DNA of 64,000 bases, taken from assembly GCA_047495785.1 (NCBI GenBank), contig JBLDXI010000004.1, positions 62,001-126,000 on the forward strand, given 5' to 3'. Below, piece by piece: positions 61,463-64,000 of this stretch (positions are counted from its first letter, which is position 1; every line of letters starts with the position of its first letter). A model generated the notes under the pieces. It did not search any database, was not told the DNA's origin, and saw only the letters and a program-made list of their open reading frames with translations. This DNA comes from Lepidodermella squamata (lineage: Eukaryota > Animalia > Gastrotricha). The position numbers were made by a program, and so were the translations under genes.

Positions 61463-62788
61463 ATGGCCACTGAAAAGAAAATTATCTCTGTCGTTGGAGC
61501 AACTGGCCAGCAGGTGAATTTTCTCAATTTAATTGATAATTTAATCTCGAATATAATCTGAATTTCATTTACAGGGCGTAGGCGTTGTCCGAGCGATTTT
61601 GGAAGATCCCAATACCCAATTCAAGGCTCGAGCTTTGACCCGAGATGCCACCTCGGCCGCTTCCAAGGCCTTGGCTGAGCAAGGCGTCGACGTTGTTCAG
61701 GTCGATGCTAATGATGAAGACGCCATAGCTGAAGCTATCAAAGGCTCGTATGGCTTTTACTGTGTTATCGTCTGTTATCGATTGGAATGACCCCGAAAAA
61801 GAACTTGCTCAAATCAAATCAATGGCAAATGCCTCAGGGTTCGCGATGGACCTGAATTTTTATTTATTTTGAATTTATTACAAAAAATGGTACCCAATCA
61901 GATTTTCGGATCCAAATTTGTGAATTTTTAAATAAATTCTGATTTCGTTTCGAAATTTTCGAAAAATTTCAAAGTTGAAATAGACTCGGAACTTAAACTT
62001 TAATTTTTTCAAATGTTAAATCGACTTTTGGGAATTGAGGAAAGTTCAAATTTCCTAAATCTGTGGAATTAAATTATACAATCTAAATTTCAAAAATTGG
62101 AATTTTCAAGACTTTGAATCGAATTGAAGTCAAAATAGGAGGAAATTTGTAGAAAATTGAATGGAATATTGTATCCATTAGGAAAGCTGGTATTAAGCAC
62201 GTTATCTGGTCGACCCTAGATGATACCTCCAAATTTATCCCACTGAGCGATGACCGCATGCCAACGCTGTTCGGAAAGTACAAGGTGCCTCATTTCGAGA
62301 CGAAAGCCTCCTGCGACCACCTCTTCGCGGACCAGCCTGTGACCTACATGATGACGCCGTTTTTCTGGGACAACTTCTACAACGGCAACGTCCCAATCCA
62401 CCGCGGCCCGGATTGCAAACTGTCGACTTCAATACCCGGAGGGCAGATCACCATGCCTGGGTTAGCCGTCGACGATATCGGCCGATGTGCCTGGATCGGC
62501 AAGAGAATCGCGATTTCCAGTGAATTTTTGACATTTCCGGAGTACCTTGAAAAAGTTTCGAAAAATGTCGGGGAAGAAGTCGCCTATCGCCCTGTTCCGT
62601 TTGATGTTTTCCGAAAATTCCCATTCCCTGGCGCGGCTGATCTCGGGAATATGTTCCAGGTCTGGCATGATTTTCCGGATAAAGTTGGGTCGATTCGAGA
62701 CCCGGAAGGGTCGAAAAAACTAAACCCCAGAATGATGAATTTCGATCAATTTCTGGAGAAATACGGCAAGCTGATCAAAATTAATTGA
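61463..62788 (+). CDS. NmrA-like copy C (exon 2 has a 4-bp insertion frameshift near 61767; exon 3 at 62182-62788 is open)
   Basis: MATEKKIISVVGATGQQ; GIKHVIWSTLDD; KYKVPHFETK; FFWDNF; AVDDIG; FPGAADLGNMF. Confidence 0.8.
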
Positions 62789-63295
62789 TAAACGAAAAAT
62801 CAGCCCATGTGACATTCAGAAAAGTTCTTGATTTTTTTCTAATATTAATAGCTCAAGTAGATTACATTTTAGCGCAGCCTGTAAATTTTCGGAATGTTTC
62901 CTAATTTTTCAAATTTTCATTTAAAGTCGAATGAGCAATCGAATATGTTCTGCCGATAAAGCAATCAATAAAACATGACTGATACCTAACATCAAACTAG
63001 TATTTTTCCAATATGAGAGGTTATCCGCACCTCTGAGTTTGTCCTACTTTCTATTCTGTTGGACTTTGATAACTCGAATCAATTATCGATCTCAACAAGT
63101 GACTGTTTCTGGGAGCGTGACCAACATCGAAAAATAGCACGAGCCTTGAGGTGTTGCTATTTTCAGATTTTCGAAAAACAAGCTAGAAAAAGCCACGTGC
63201 TGGTGTTTTTTCTGAATTGCTCATCTCGAATTTATTGTTTTGAATTATATTATACATTCATTTTAAATTCTCAATTTTTCTCATTTGAAAGCAAA

Positions 63296-64000
63296 ATGCG
63301 GCAATTATTTGTAACAATGATGTTTTGCTTGGCGGCCGTTAAAGTGGCGCTTGGCGGCGAGTGGGCTCGCTGCGTCTCGCAATTCGATGACAAATTCGCT
63401 GATTGCCGCGAACTGCCGACCGGCTGCCAGCTATTGAGCGAATATCAAGTTAGTTCCAGCCTAATTGAAAGCCTATTTGACTTCCTTTATTATCGCGAAG
63501 GTTGGAAGCAGCATTTCTGATCAAACCAGTTGTCTAAGAGCGGTTTGATGTTTTATTAATTTCAGCTTTTATTCAGCCATCTTCAGGGTCTGACAACAAG
63601 TAAGGAAATCAACAATCAAGTTTCGAGACTAATATTAAAACAAGTTTACCAATTTTGTCACCAATCGTTTTTTCGTGTAATTATCAAAAATTAATCAAAA
63701 GAATCAAAAACAGAAATCATGATCTATTAAAATAAATAAATTGTATGAGTAATTATTTGGATTATTTGGATTAGGCGACTGGTTTTTCATTTTTGAGTCA
63801 TAATTATGATATCGCTTTTCCATCAAATCCTACGACTAAAAATTTTATTAATTTGTTCCAATTTTCCATGTTTTTTTTAATAGACTGCGAGAATGTGCTA
63901 CAGATACGATACTTTCATAGCAACATGTCGGCCAGGAATACCGGGATGCGGCAAAACCACCGAAGTCATGGTGAGTTCCTCATGTTCGAAATTGAAAACA
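63296..64000 (+). CDS. Secreted Cys-rich/C-type lectin family, paralog 3, 5' part
   Basis: MRQLFVTMMFCLAAVKVALGGEWARCVSQFDDKFADCRELPTGC. An exon at ~63884-63970 (CYRY....ATCRPG..AE) matches paralogs 1 and 2. Confidence 0.75.

Overview
AT-rich eukaryotic (invertebrate animal-like) DNA with short GT-AG introns (about 45-60 nt) and a TTAGGG tract, densely packed with transposons. Host genes and pseudogenes: three paralogous secreted Cys-rich/EGF/C-type-lectin genes, an APH/hydroxylysine-kinase-like gene, a GABA-B-like Venus-flytrap pseudogene, three NmrA-like copies, and relics of a three-repeat domain fused to an aerolysin-like pore-forming domain. Mobile DNA: LINE fragments (RT, APE, RLE), a tRNA-SINE, a Harbinger transposase relic, many MITEs (hAT-, Mutator-, Tc1/pogo- and CACTA-type, several with readable TSDs), a 3.9-kb foldback element, a cluster of 2.1-kb CCCAG-ended elements, and a pol-less LTR retrotransposon. 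Main finding: two diverged copies (46922-50570 and 51015-54779) of a TIR-bounded two-gene DNA transposon. Each encodes an intron-containing RAG1/Transib-like DDE transposase and a convergent (tail-to-tail) polyQ + Myb/SANT-like partner. This is a ProtoRAG-like layout without RAG2, with CAT- termini and a 2-3 bp TSD. Copy 2 looks intact. All protein family calls come from motifs recognised by eye, not from database searches.
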